This document shows, in pieces, positions 1-9,598 of a stretch of 64,000 nucleotides of DNA. Source of the stretch: Candidatus Dormiibacterota bacterium (GTDB lineage: Bacteria > Chloroflexota > Dormibacteria > Aeolococcales > Bog-877); contig JBAPNX010000047.1 in NCBI GenBank assembly GCA_049279335.1, positions 129,982 to 193,981 of the forward strand, read 5' to 3'. The position numbers and the translations under genes are program-made. Under the pieces are notes generated by a model. It had not been told where the DNA came from and searched no databases. It saw only the letters and a list, made by a program, of their open reading frames with translations. The first letter of the stretch is position 1; each line of letters starts with the position of its first letter.

Positions 1-292
1 CCGTCTCAATGGGATGTGCGGCAAGCTCAAGTGCTGCCTGCAGTACGAGAACGAGCAGTACGTGGACCTCAAGCGCCGTCTCCCCATTCCCGGTAGCAGC
101 CTGGAGGTGGAGGGTCAGCCAGCGACCGTTACGGAGGTCAACGTTGTCCGAGAGCAGGTGCTGGTAACCATGACCGAGACGGGGACTGTGGTGGCGGTTC
201 CTGCCGCCGGGCTGATGGGGGAGCCCCGACCCCGAGGAGATGGCGTCGGTGGGGGTAGGCGTCGGCGTAATCGGCCGCCGACCGCCCCCTAG
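1..292 (+). CDS. C-terminal fragment of a PSP1 C-terminal-domain protein (RicT/YaaT-like); 5' end lies outside the window
   Basis: The ORF is open to the window edge. The conserved CGxLxCCLxYE..Y motif ('CGKLKCCLQYENEQY') is typical of the PSP1 C-terminal domain. Confidence 0.45.
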   Translation, partial: RLNGMCGKLKCCLQYENEQYVDLKRRLPIPGSSLEVEGQPATVTEVNVVREQVLVTMTETGTVVAVPAAGLMGEPRPRGDGVGGGRRRRNRPPTAP

Positions 293-921
293 CCCCGGCT
301 CCGGTAGCGCCAGAACACCAGCGCCGCCACGCCCAGGGCCAGTACCCCGAGGGCGGCCTTGATTGGCCGCGCCGCCCGAACGCTGGATCGGACCGGGGGC
401 ATCACCTCAACCCGGGTAGTGGGAGTTCTGGGTGTGCTCGCCGCTTCCTGACGAGGTGACGCAGCTTCCGGCACGGCCTTGACCGGCGCCGCTTCGCCCA
501 GGTCCTTGGCGACCGCCCGGCGAAACCTGGCGATGGTGGAACTGAGGGCCCGGTGGAGCTCCGCTTCGGAGATCTCCGCCAGCCGACCTCGGCCTTCCAC
601 CAGGACGGTGAGGCGCAAGCTGGTGCCACCGTCGGGAGCCTCATGGAAGCGAGCCCGGATCTCAGCGTGGGCCCGGCCGGTGCCTCGGACCTCTTTGCCG
701 CTCAGGGTCCAAGTGAGATGTCGGCCCTCTTCCTCGACGTGCTGCCGGGCGTAGCCCCGGTAGGTAAGAGCGTGGCCCCCGATGACGATGCGCAAGGTGC
801 CGCGGCCGTCCTCCCCAGCGCTCAACCCCGGGGTGAGACGGAGCGCGCCGCCCTGGACGGCCAGCAAGTCCCAGGCCCGGGCTGGAGGGCCGGGCAGCTG
901 TACGGTGTCGATCAGGGTCAA
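289..921 (-). CDS. SRPBCC-fold protein, CoxG-like (carbon monoxide dehydrogenase subunit G family), with a C-terminal transmembrane anchor
   Basis: Collinear similarity to CoxG proteins (MxIxGxxxxxAP...VW..L.DP..L..C.PG). A Pro/Ser-rich linker is followed by a C-terminal hydrophobic helix 'AALGVLALGVAALVFW'. Confidence 0.55.
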   Translation of the reverse strand: MTLIDTVQLPGPPARAWDLLAVQGGALRLTPGLSAGEDGRGTLRIVIGGHALTYRGYARQHVEEEGRHLTWTLSGKEVRGTGRAHAEIRARFHEAPDGGTSLRLTVLVEGRGRLAEISEAELHRALSSTIARFRRAVAKDLGEAAPVKAVPEAASPRQEAASTPRTPTTRVEVMPPVRSSVRAARPIKAALGVLALGVAALVFWRYRSRG

Positions 922-1637
922 ATCCGCCCCTCCTCCGGCTCACCGGTTCCGGGGGTGGGCGGCCGGTCTTCGCTCGGCCCCCAGCCGGGGAGGTGACCGC
1001 CCCGACCCTGAGGGCTGGGCGGCTGGCCCGGTGGCGCCAGCGGGGGCGCATAGTTCAGCAGCTCCGAGAGGGAGCGGCCGGCCGACTCCCTGCGGACGAC
1101 GATGGTGTGGCCGAGAAGGTCCTCAGGACCCCGGTGGTCGGGCCGAAAGAGGACCACCACGGTGCCGGCCATGTACTCCACCAGCCAGATCCAGAGTCCA
1201 ATCACAGGGACCAAGAGCGGTATCCAAAACACCGTCGACCGCAGCACCGCGTTACGCACGGTCATCGGGCTGCCGTCCACCCTGGTGATCCGCAAGCCTA
1301 GGGCCAGTTTGCCCAGGGTGGCTCCGAAGCGTAGGTACATGAATATCAGATAGGCGGCGGTGACAGCCTCGGACGCGTACAAAAACTCGGTCGCGACCGT
1401 GGTCAGGTGTTGCGAGAGCCTGACAAAGGTGGGATTGCTTGCGAGGTTGGTGGCCTTGGAGTGGGCCTCCAGGAACACCGTGAACTGGTGGTACTGGGAA
1501 CTGGTGAGCACGATCACAACCAGCAGGACTGCCTGGGGCACGGCCAGGACTAGAAAGTCGATGACCGCCGCAGCCAGCCGCTCGCCAGAGGGCAGCGCTC
1601 GAGCGCCACCGCGCAAAGGATCAGGGCTTGCGATCAC
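918..1637 (-). CDS. RDD family membrane protein
   Basis: RDD-domain pattern ('GATLGKLALGLRITRVDG...R...HDLLAGTIVV'-like, here 'LGHTIVV'). Multiple TM helices. 4-nt overlap with the downstream CoxG-like gene. Confidence 0.6.
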   Translation of the reverse strand: MIASPDPLRGGARALPSGERLAAAVIDFLVLAVPQAVLLVVIVLTSSQYHQFTVFLEAHSKATNLASNPTFVRLSQHLTTVATEFLYASEAVTAAYLIFMYLRFGATLGKLALGLRITRVDGSPMTVRNAVLRSTVFWIPLLVPVIGLWIWLVEYMAGTVVVLFRPDHRGPEDLLGHTIVVRRESAGRSLSELLNYAPPLAPPGQPPSPQGRGGHLPGWGPSEDRPPTPGTGEPEEGRI

Positions 1638-1826
1638 TTGGGGCTCATCCTGTCGGCTTCTCCCGGAGGTTTCTGTGGCTGCTGGCGCGGCCCTGGTCCG
1701 GTCCGAATTCTAGGTGGGGCGATTGCCGATCCCGGCGCGCTCCGCTGTGGATTCCGTAACAGTGTTGGGACAGGGCCACGTGATCGCTGAGTTCGCTTCT
1801 ATTGTGGACTGATGCAGAAGCCTGAG

Positions 1827-2039
1827 ATGGGGCGTAGGCGGCGAGTGAGAGGCTCAGCCCAATTTTGGGGGTGGGCCCGACTCTCTCGGCGCGTCCGGAG
1901 CGGATCCCTTGGGCAGGGAATGGTCGAATACTCGTTGATCCTGATGTTGGTAGCTCTCGTTGTCATGGTCATCTTCGTTGTGCTCGGTCACCGTGTGTCC
2001 GATATGTACTCCAACATCAACAACGGGCTCGTCGGCTGA
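1827..2039 (+). CDS. flp: Flp/Fap family type IVb pilin (prepilin with a G|xxxxEY cleavage motif)
   Basis: Basic leader followed by 'G|QGMVEYSLILMLVALVVMVIFVV'. This matches the Flp prepilin peptidase site G/XXXXEY plus a hydrophobic helix. Mature peptide about 41 aa. The exact start codon is uncertain (the ORF is open from 1812). Confidence 0.55.
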   Translation: MGRRRRVRGSAQFWGWARLSRRVRSGSLGQGMVEYSLILMLVALVVMVIFVVLGHRVSDMYSNINNGLVG

Positions 2040-2141
2040 CTTGTCCGGGGGCCCTCCGGGCCTCTGCTATCCTGAACTTGAGTGGCCTTGGTCGGCACCG
2101 CCAAGGTATGCCAAAGGCCGGGTGGAGGAGTTCGCTACCCG

Positions 2142-2441
2142 ATGACCTACGTGATCGGCGAAACCTGCGTTGACGTCAAGGACAAGTCCTGCGTCGAGGT
2201 TTGCCCGGTGGACTGCATCATCGGGGCCGATGAGGACCGAATGCTCTTCATCGATCCCCAGGAGTGCATCGACTGCGGCGCCTGCGTCGATCCCTGCCCG
2301 GTAGACGCCATCTACGCCGAAGAGGACCTGCCGGCCGAGTGGGGCGAATGGACCAACATCAACAAGCTGTACTTCGCCGACGCCGACGCGGCTAGGGCGC
2401 AGGTCAACGCCAAGACCCCCGAGACAGCTCAGCCCGGCTGA
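2142..2441 (+). CDS. fdxA: 7Fe ferredoxin (FdxA type, [3Fe-4S][4Fe-4S])
   Basis: 'MTYVIGETCVDVKDKSCVEVCPVDCI...CIDCGACVDPCPV' is the canonical FdxA cysteine pattern. An internal ATG at residue 21 of the longer ORF gives the usual ~100 aa length. Confidence 0.8.
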   Translation: MTYVIGETCVDVKDKSCVEVCPVDCIIGADEDRMLFIDPQECIDCGACVDPCPVDAIYAEEDLPAEWGEWTNINKLYFADADAARAQVNAKTPETAQPG

Positions 2442-2459
2442 AGCCACTCTCATTCAAGG

Positions 2460-2478
2460 TTAGTGTATCCCACACTAA
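2460..2478. promoter_or_regulatory. Perfect 7-bp inverted repeat with 5-bp spacer (TTAGTGT-atccc-ACACTAA) in the AT-rich glnA leader; candidate operator
   Basis: Read directly from the sequence, about 110 nt upstream of the glnA ATG. It sits in the only AT-rich patch of the 2442-2589 intergenic region. Confidence 0.3.
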
Positions 2479-2589
2479 TCTAGGCCCTCAATCCTTGTGT
2501 GAGGAACACGGTGCTAGGGGCGTGCTTGGCTGTTAGGCTGCGTCCAGAACCTGTGGAGAGGGTTCCCCACTTCTGACCGGAGGATTCGC

Positions 2590-4047
2590 ATGGCCATGGC
2601 CGTTGAGGGAAAGCTAGAACCGGCCGCCAAGGCGGAGCCGGCGGCGGTGATCGCCTTTGCCAGGGATCAGGGGATCAAGTTCGTCGACTTCCGATTCAGC
2701 GACCTTCTGGGCCAGTGGCAGCACTTCAGCATCCCGCTGTCGGAACTGACCGAGAGGCTGTTCGCCGAGTGCATTGGCTTCGACGGCAGCAGCATCCGAG
2801 GCTTCCAGGAAATCCACGAGAGCGACATGCTGCTGGCCCCGGACCCGCGCACCGCCTTCGTCGACCCGGTTCTGGAGGTCCCCACCCTCTCCCTGATCTG
2901 CGACATCGTTGACCCGGTCACCAAGACTCGCTACAGCCGCGATCCTCGTTACATCGCCCACAAGGCGGAGGCCTACCTGAGGCAGAGCGGCATCGCCGAC
3001 ACCAGCTATTGGGGCCCTGAGATGGAGTTCTATATCTTCAACTCCATCCGCTTCGATCAGAACGTGAACGAGGGCTACTACCACATCGACTCCGCCGAGG
3101 GGATCTGGAACTCCGGCAAGAATGGGAGCGCCAACCTCGCTTACCGGCCCCGGCTCAAGGAGGGCTACTTCCCAGCACCTCCGGTGGACCAGCTGCAGGA
3201 TGTGCGCAGCCGGATCGTTCTGGCGCTTCAGGACGCCGGGATCGACGTCGAAGTCCACCACCACGAGGTCGGCACCGCGGGGCAGGCCGAGATCGACGTT
3301 CGCTACGACTCCATGGTGTCGATGGCCGACAAGGTCATGGTCCTCAAATACATCGTCAAGAACGTGTGCCACCGCGAGGGCCTGGTCGCGACCTTCATGC
3401 CCAAGCCGCTCTTCGGCGACAACGGCAGCGGGATGCACACCCATCAGTCGCTCTGGAAGGAGGGCGAGCCGCTCTTCTACGATCGGGAGGGCTACGCACT
3501 GCTGAGCGACCTGGCGCGCTGGTACATCGGCGGTCTGCTGGCACACGCTCCCGCAGTCCTGGCGTTTGCCGCTCCCACCACCAACAGCTACCGGCGGCTG
3601 GTGCCGGGCTACGAGGCTCCCATCAAGCTGGCCTACAGCGCCCGCAACCGGAGCGCCTGCATCCGGATCCCGACCTACAGCGAACGTCCTCAGTTGCGCC
3701 GCCTCGAGTTTCGTTCCCCCGACCCCACCTGCAACCCCTACATAGCCTTCTCAGCCATGCTCATGGCCGGCCTGGATGGCATCCGCAATCGGATCGAGCC
3801 TCCTAGCCCGATCGAGGCCGACCTCTACGAGCTGGAGGGTGCCCGCGCTGACGCGGTCAAGGACCTTCCCGGCAGCCTGGCCGAGGTGCTGGCCGCCTTG
3901 GAGCAGGATCACGAGTTCCTCTACGAGGGAGGTGTCTTCACCGAAGATCTGATCAGCACCTGGATCGCCCTCAAGCGGGAGCGCGAGGTGGACCCGGTCC
4001 GGATCCGCCCTCACCCCTACGAGTTCGCGCTCTACGCGGACGCCTAG
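2590..4047 (+). CDS. glnA: Glutamine synthetase, type I
   Basis: Full-length collinear GS-I match (beta-grasp N-domain 'GIKFVDFRFSDLLGQWQHFSIP', catalytic motifs, 'DLYEL' adenylylation-loop region). 485 aa. Confidence 0.9.
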   Translation: MAMAVEGKLEPAAKAEPAAVIAFARDQGIKFVDFRFSDLLGQWQHFSIPLSELTERLFAECIGFDGSSIRGFQEIHESDMLLAPDPRTAFVDPVLEVPTLSLICDIVDPVTKTRYSRDPRYIAHKAEAYLRQSGIADTSYWGPEMEFYIFNSIRFDQNVNEGYYHIDSAEGIWNSGKNGSANLAYRPRLKEGYFPAPPVDQLQDVRSRIVLALQDAGIDVEVHHHEVGTAGQAEIDVRYDSMVSMADKVMVLKYIVKNVCHREGLVATFMPKPLFGDNGSGMHTHQSLWKEGEPLFYDREGYALLSDLARWYIGGLLAHAPAVLAFAAPTTNSYRRLVPGYEAPIKLAYSARNRSACIRIPTYSERPQLRRLEFRSPDPTCNPYIAFSAMLMAGLDGIRNRIEPPSPIEADLYELEGARADAVKDLPGSLAEVLAALEQDHEFLYEGGVFTEDLISTWIALKREREVDPVRIRPHPYEFALYADA

Positions 4048-4059
4048 GGACACAAAGGG

Positions 4060-4089
4060 CCGCCGCTCCGGGAGGGGCCGGAGCGGCGG
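4060..4089 (+). terminator. GC-rich hairpin downstream of glnA (12-bp perfect stem CCGCCGCTCCGG / CCGGAGCGGCGG, 6-nt loop)
   Basis: The inverted repeat was read directly, 13 nt after the glnA stop. There is no T-tract, as is common in high-GC genomes. Confidence 0.5.
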
Positions 4090-4264
4090 GTCCGCCGGAA
4101 GGATACCGACGGATGGGGGAGAGTAGGTTTCACCCCTCGCAGGGCCAGTGAAGGGAGTGCCCCGCATTGAAACCTCAGTGCGAAGTTAGCCTGCCGCCAA
4201 TCTCTTGCCGCCGCGCGTAACCAGACCGTGACCAGCGTCACCCGGGCTTCAGTCTCAGCGCCGG

Positions 4265-5191
4265 TCAGGCCGTCCCGGCGGTCGCTACCGGCGCCTCTGC
4301 CTGGGCTCGGCGGTGGGTGACCACGGTAGTGACTCCGACCAGGATCAGCACCCCGCCGACCAGGGTAGCCAGGGAGGGACGCTCGCCCCGGATCCAAACC
4401 GCCAGGGCGGTGCCCACCAGGGGCTGGATGAAGAGCAGGGGCGCCATCGCCCCAGGCATGACCCGCTTCAGGCCCCAGAGCCAGAGCCAGTAGCAGAGGG
4501 CGGTCGTGATCGCGCCCAGATAGACCACCCCGAGCCAGCCTGCCAAGCTCATGCCAGGCCACTGGCGCACCCAGAGCGCGGCCATTCCAGCTGGCCACCA
4601 GGCGACCAGACTTCCCGCTACCACCGCCGCAGTGATCAGCAAGGGTGGGTAGCGCTCGACTACTGACTTGCCGATCACCGTGAAACCCGCCTCGAGCAGA
4701 AGCGAGGCCACCACCAAGAGGTTGCCCAGGCTCTGAGATCCGGAGAGCAAGGAGGGGGTCTTGAGGCCACCCTCCACCACCAAATAGACGCCGAACCCAC
4801 CGAGGAGGAGCCCCAGCAACTCCAGGATGCGGATGCGCTCGTGCAGGAATGCGACGCTGAGCATCACCGTGGCCAGGGCCTCGGCCGCGATCAGCAGCGC
4901 CGTGTCGGTGGCGGTGGTCAGGCTGAGGCCCCAGTACTCCAACGCCTTGGTGCCGATGAAGCCCATGCCGCACATGGCGACCAGTCGCCAGCGATCGCCG
5001 TGGTCGGTGGGAAGCTGCCGCCGACCTCGCCACAGCGCTGGCAGAAGGAGGATCGCCGCGATGGTGAAGCGGAGCATGTTGACACTGGCAAAGGGCCAAG
5101 TCGCGAGCGCGGCTTTGCCGGCTACGTAGGAGCCGGCAAAGAGGCAGTTGGTGAAGGCCAGGACTAGCAGCGCGCGCTGCCGTCCCGACAT
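4265..5191 (-). CDS. EamA/DMT-family (drug/metabolite transporter) permease
   Basis: Ten predicted TM helices. Duplicated EamA-domain pattern with a conserved GxxxG-rich helix. Confidence 0.7.
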   Translation of the reverse strand: MSGRQRALLVLAFTNCLFAGSYVAGKAALATWPFASVNMLRFTIAAILLLPALWRGRRQLPTDHGDRWRLVAMCGMGFIGTKALEYWGLSLTTATDTALLIAAEALATVMLSVAFLHERIRILELLGLLLGGFGVYLVVEGGLKTPSLLSGSQSLGNLLVVASLLLEAGFTVIGKSVVERYPPLLITAAVVAGSLVAWWPAGMAALWVRQWPGMSLAGWLGVVYLGAITTALCYWLWLWGLKRVMPGAMAPLLFIQPLVGTALAVWIRGERPSLATLVGGVLILVGVTTVVTHRRAQAEAPVATAGTA

Positions 5192-5195
5192 CAGG

Positions 5196-6800
5196 TCACT
5201 GGCTGTGGAGCCACCGTCCTAGCGCTGCCAGCGGCGGGCTTCCGGCCCCGAGCACTCGGCGGTGGAAGGAGCGCAGATCACCCCGGTTGGAGCTCAGCCA
5301 CTCTTCACGCCAACTTAGGATCTGGAGCTTGCCCAAGGTGTAGACCAGGTAAAGCGGGTCGATGGTGGCGCGGGCTGCTTCACGCCGGGCTGGCAGCTCA
5401 TCCACTCCGATCCGGTCCATGAAGAGCCTCGTCCCCTCCTCGACCGTCCAGCCCTCGGCGTGGATTCCGACCGTGGTTCGAAAGCGGCAAGCGCGCAGCA
5501 GCGCATCTTCGATCTGGGCCAGCTGCAGCAGGGGATGGCCCTCAGCTAGTCCGGCCTCGATCATCAAGAGCTCGGCGTAATGGGCCCAGCCCTCGCCGAA
5601 CCCCGACGTCCAGAAGAAGCGGCGCGGATCGGAGCGCAGGCTCTGGGTATAAAGGTGTTGCACGTGGTGGCCGGGGTAGACCTCATGGACGCTGGTATTC
5701 TTGAGAGTGCCCCGATTCATGTAGCGCAGCCACTCTTCAACCTCGGTCTGGCTCCAGCTGGGTTGGGGAGTGGTGACGTAGTAGATGCAGGGAAGCGGTG
5801 CCGTCTCCAGAGGACCGACCCCCTCGTAGGCGGCGCTGACCCAGGCGGTCATGAATCCGGGCGTGGCCCGCACCTCGCATGGGGGTCCATCTGGTATCGG
5901 CACCTCGCCGTAGTGCTCCACGAAGTTGCGGAGCTCGGATAGCAGACTTGCGGTCCCGGAGATCAGGCCATCCTCGGTTAAGTGGTCGTCCTCGAGTTGC
6001 TGGCGCACCGCCGCCACATCCCGGCCCGCGAAGCTGTCACGGAGCAACCGGTCGCGTTGATCCCGCAGTGACTCAAGCTCGTGCTCGGCCTGTTGGCGCA
6101 GCGCGGGGATGGAGAGCTCCAGCCCTTCCTGAGCCAGGAGCATGGCCTGAAGTCCGGTGGCGCCCAGAGCCACGTCCCGGAATTCCGGCTGGCGGCGGCG
6201 TTGAAGCTCATCCATGATCCGGACCAAGGACTCCTCGCCGGCGGCGACCGCGGCGGTGAGTCGGCCTCGAAGCGAGGGATCCCCCAGGTCTCTGCCGACG
6301 GCGGCGACGTCGCGCCTCAGAAAGTTGAGATGACCCTCCGCCCCTTGGCGGGCCAGGTCGATCAGGGGAGTAGCCAGGTTGGGCTCCATGGCGGCGAGAG
6401 CCTCCTCGGTCCACTCCCGAGCCTGTTCGAGCTGGCGGCAGAGGCCGGCTATGCGATCGTGCAGTGGGGCGTACTCGCGCAGGAGGTAGCCGCCGATTTC
6501 CAGCGGCGACTCGAAGTCGAGCAACGCGGTGGGGTCCTTCAGCGATCGCCGCCGCACCTGAAGGTCAAACAGCTCGGAGTCGACCACGCTGCGGGCGATG
6601 TCGAGGTCCAACCCCAGCTCCGGATCGGTACCTCCGTCAGCGCCTGCCAAGAGCCCACGGAACCGCAGCAACTCCAGGACCCTGGCGTCGTGGGCGGCGT
6701 GCCCGGTCGGGGCTACCAGTCCATCTGCACGGTGGTCACCGTTGAACCGGGCCAGGGCCGGGTGGGCTCGGAACTGGTCAGCGACTAGCTCCTCCAGCAC
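5196..6800 (-). CDS. DUF885 family protein (putative metallopeptidase-like, HEVYPGHH motif)
   Basis: Collinear DUF885 similarity, including the N-terminal 'LVADQFRAHPALARFNGDH' region and 'HEVYPGHHVQHL'. The long ORF (to 7016) would overlap dxs by 176 nt, so the start is placed at the in-frame GTG after the dxs stop. Confidence 0.7.
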   Translation of the reverse strand: MLEELVADQFRAHPALARFNGDHRADGLVAPTGHAAHDARVLELLRFRGLLAGADGGTDPELGLDLDIARSVVDSELFDLQVRRRSLKDPTALLDFESPLEIGGYLLREYAPLHDRIAGLCRQLEQAREWTEEALAAMEPNLATPLIDLARQGAEGHLNFLRRDVAAVGRDLGDPSLRGRLTAAVAAGEESLVRIMDELQRRRQPEFRDVALGATGLQAMLLAQEGLELSIPALRQQAEHELESLRDQRDRLLRDSFAGRDVAAVRQQLEDDHLTEDGLISGTASLLSELRNFVEHYGEVPIPDGPPCEVRATPGFMTAWVSAAYEGVGPLETAPLPCIYYVTTPQPSWSQTEVEEWLRYMNRGTLKNTSVHEVYPGHHVQHLYTQSLRSDPRRFFWTSGFGEGWAHYAELLMIEAGLAEGHPLLQLAQIEDALLRACRFRTTVGIHAEGWTVEEGTRLFMDRIGVDELPARREAARATIDPLYLVYTLGKLQILSWREEWLSSNRGDLRSFHRRVLGAGSPPLAALGRWLHSQ

Positions 6801-6840
6801 CCCGCCTAGGTCGGTGGAGCCACCCCCTTCGATGGAAGCT

Positions 6841-8778
6841 TCAGCCAACCGCCCGAGCCTGGTGCGCGGGTGCCTCTCCAGAATTCTCGAGTGCCAACAG
6901 GGCGGCCTCGGCCACCCCCTCGGCGGTGAGGCCGTATTCGGCCAGGAGCTCGCCCTGGGCACCGTGGGGGAGGAACAGATCAGGCAGCGCCACCTGGCGG
7001 ACCGGTCGAACCACACCGTGTTCGGCCAGGAACTCCAGCACCGAGGCTCCCAGGCCGCCGCGGCGAGTGTTGTCCTCGGCCGTCACCACCGCCCGGTGCC
7101 GGCGGGCCCAATCCGCTAGCCGGCGATCGGTCGGCTTGATGAACCGGGCGTTCACCACCGACGCGGAGACCCCACTCGCCGCCAGTAGGGTAGCGGCGTT
7201 CTCGGCGACCGCCACCATCTTTCCCGACGCGCAGATCAGGATGTCGCTCCCTCCCTCCTGAACCGGCTCCCAACTCAGGCTGGGCAGGGGTCGGATGTCG
7301 ACCACGCGCTCCGGCACCGGACCCCTGGGGTAGCGGATCGCGAACGGTCCCGGATGTGATACGGCAGTCGCCACCAGCCGGCCCAGCTCGGCGGCGTCTC
7401 TTGGTGTCGCCACCACCATGTTGGGCACCATGCGCAGATAGCTGAGATCGAACATGCCGTGGTGAGAACTGCCATCCGGACCGGTGATACCTGACCGGTC
7501 GAGGATGAAGGTGACGGGGAGATTGTGGAGCCCGACATCGCAGATGATCTGGTCAAAGGCCCGCTGCAAGAAAGTGGAGTAGATGCACACCACTGGATGG
7601 AGCCCACCCATGGCTAGACCGGCGGCGAATGTGACCGCGTGCTGCTCCGCGATCCCCACGTCGTAGAAGCGGTCGGGGAAGCGCTCAGAGAACTTGAGCA
7701 GTCCGGTCGAGCTGGCCATGGCGGCGGTGATGGCCACCAGCTTGGGATCTTCCTCGGCCAATTGCAGGAGCACTTCCTCGAATACGTCGGTGTAACTGGC
7801 CCGGCTGGCCCCGGTGGGCTTGCCCGTGGTGATGTCGAAGGGCGGGGGGCCGTGGAACTTGTCGATCTCGTCGGACTCGGCCGGGAGGAAGCCGTGGCCC
7901 TTCTCGGTCACCACGTGCACCACGACCGGGCCGGGTAAGCGGTTGGCCAGGGCCAGGGCCCCCTCGATCGATTTCTGATCATGGCCGTCGATGGGTCCGG
8001 AGTACTTGATGCCGAGATCCTCGAAGAACACGTGGGGCGTGACCAGTTGCTTCACTCCGGTCTTCAGGCGCCGCGCCATCTCGTGGGCGGGTTCGCCCAC
8101 CGCCGGGATGGCGCTAAGGAACCCGCCGATGCCACTCTTGGCGGCCTCGTAGCGGGGATCGAGGCGAAGCCGGGCGAAATGGTCAGCCAATCCCCCGACC
8201 GTGGGGGCGTAGGAGCGACCGTTGTCGTTGAGAATGATGGTCAGATCGGGACGAAGGGCGCCAATGTTGTTGAGGGCCTCGTAGGCCATGCCGCCGGTCA
8301 GAGATCCATCGCCCACCACCACCACCACGCGACCTGGCTCAGCCCGACGACGTCGTGCCTGGGCCAGACCCAAGGCGTAGCTGAGGCCGGTCGAAGCGTG
8401 GCTGTTCTCCACCACGTCGTGCTCTGACTCGGTGCGGTTGGGATAGCCGGAGAGGCCGCCCGCCTGCCGCAGGGTGCCGAACTGGTCCCCCCTGCCGGTT
8501 AAGATCTTGTGGACGTAGGCTTGGTGGCCGGTGTCGAAGACGATCTGGTCGGTGGGACTGTCGTAGACCCGATGCAGTGCCAGGGTGAGCTCTACAACGC
8601 CCAGGTTCGGACCCAGGTGGCCCCCGGTCAGTGAGACTTTCTCGACCAGGAAGTCGCGAATTTCCGATGCCAGCTGACGACACTCCTCCTGGGAGAGGTC
8701 GCGGCAGTCGGCTGCGCATGTGATTCGCGAGAGCACCGAGCGCGGCACCTGCCCGGAATCCCCACTCGGGGCTGGCAT
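6841..8778 (-). CDS. dxs: 1-deoxy-D-xylulose-5-phosphate synthase
   Basis: Full-length DXS homology: thiamine-pyrophosphate (TPP) binding motif 'GDGSLTGGMAYEALNNIG' and a transketolase-like C-domain. The start is moved to the internal ATG (M108 of the 752-aa ORF). The upstream extension is Arg/Ala-rich and lacks homology. Confidence 0.9.
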   Translation of the reverse strand: MPAPSGDSGQVPRSVLSRITCAADCRDLSQEECRQLASEIRDFLVEKVSLTGGHLGPNLGVVELTLALHRVYDSPTDQIVFDTGHQAYVHKILTGRGDQFGTLRQAGGLSGYPNRTESEHDVVENSHASTGLSYALGLAQARRRRAEPGRVVVVVGDGSLTGGMAYEALNNIGALRPDLTIILNDNGRSYAPTVGGLADHFARLRLDPRYEAAKSGIGGFLSAIPAVGEPAHEMARRLKTGVKQLVTPHVFFEDLGIKYSGPIDGHDQKSIEGALALANRLPGPVVVHVVTEKGHGFLPAESDEIDKFHGPPPFDITTGKPTGASRASYTDVFEEVLLQLAEEDPKLVAITAAMASSTGLLKFSERFPDRFYDVGIAEQHAVTFAAGLAMGGLHPVVCIYSTFLQRAFDQIICDVGLHNLPVTFILDRSGITGPDGSSHHGMFDLSYLRMVPNMVVATPRDAAELGRLVATAVSHPGPFAIRYPRGPVPERVVDIRPLPSLSWEPVQEGGSDILICASGKMVAVAENAATLLAASGVSASVVNARFIKPTDRRLADWARRHRAVVTAEDNTRRGGLGASVLEFLAEHGVVRPVRQVALPDLFLPHGAQGELLAEYGLTAEGVAEAALLALENSGEAPAHQARAVG

Positions 8779-8929
8779 GGGCTCGATTATAGGTGGGGGC
8801 CGAGTTCGTGCCCAGGGACCGAACGGAAGCTCGGGAATTGGGATCATCGTGCATGATGTGGTCGTGCCCGCTACCCGGCAACTGGCCGCCAGCGCGCCTG
8901 TCGGTGGCGCTGGCGGCCGAGTCTGAACC

Positions 8930-9598
8930 ATGGTGAACCAGCCCCACCGGCAGCGACGGTCTGGACCAATCGCCAAGGAGGCGGTCCCCGGCTCGCAGGC
9001 GTCGGAGTGGCGTCTTCGGCTAGCCCTGGCTCTCTTGTTAGTCTCGGCCTGCTCGGTGCTGGGCAATCTGGCCGCCGTCTTAGCGCTGGGCGGAGCCATG
9101 GCTCACCTGGGCGCACCGCAGGGACCGCTGGAATTCGCTCTGGTATTCGTCGGTGGGGTGGTTGGCCTGGGCGGCGACGCTCTGATCCTGACCGGATCGC
9201 TAGCGGTGCTCCGGCCCGACATCCGCATCTCCGGCCAGCCCGGCTGGGTCACATGGGGTCTCGGGCTGCAACTCCTTGCAGCCGCGCTAGTTGGGGTGCT
9301 GGAGAGTTCCTGGCTGTTCGGACTGCTGTACGTCCTCCTGCTGGCGGGACTGGCGGCGCTCTGGATCCGGACCAGCGCCCCGGAGGCGCCCCGGCCCACG
9401 GCTCGGCATGCGCTTCCGGAGCCGTCAGAACCGCCGCCTCCGGCCGTATCTCCGGAGGCGCTAGGCCGCCAGCCCATTCCCTGGGTCGGGACTGCGCCGC
9501 CACCGCCGTCGGCAGCCCAAGGAAGAGACGCGGCGCCAACTACCCCGACGCCGAACCAGGGTTCCTGGCCCGGCTCAGGACGAGGGCCCGGGCGCTGA
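8930..9598 (+). CDS. Hypothetical membrane protein with 3-4 TM helices and a Pro-rich tail; possibly the N-terminal part of a frameshifted CPBP protease
   Basis: Hydrophobic helices are followed by a low-complexity Pro/Ala tail. The ORF ends exactly where the CPBP homology begins in the +2 frame. Codon bias is only moderate. Confidence 0.35.
   Translation: MVNQPHRQRRSGPIAKEAVPGSQASEWRLRLALALLLVSACSVLGNLAAVLALGGAMAHLGAPQGPLEFALVFVGGVVGLGGDALILTGSLAVLRPDIRISGQPGWVTWGLGLQLLAAALVGVLESSWLFGLLYVLLLAGLAALWIRTSAPEAPRPTARHALPEPSEPPPPAVSPEALGRQPIPWVGTAPPPPSAAQGRDAAPTTPTPNQGSWPGSGRGPGR

Noticed and set aside
2614-3546. Long antisense ORFs inside well-supported genes (for example 2614-3546 in glnA, 4044-5099, 14418-15062, 15363-16055, 28427-29110, 29788-30525, 40473-41741)
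   Set aside because: Typical stop-poor alternative frames of 70 % GC DNA. Their products are Arg/Pro/Gly-rich with no homology and wrong-phase GC3.
8779-9099. 107-codon N-terminal extension of the dxs ORF
   Set aside because: Arg/Ala-rich sequence with no DXS homology. It would overlap the divergent gene at 8930. An internal ATG gives a standard-length DXS.
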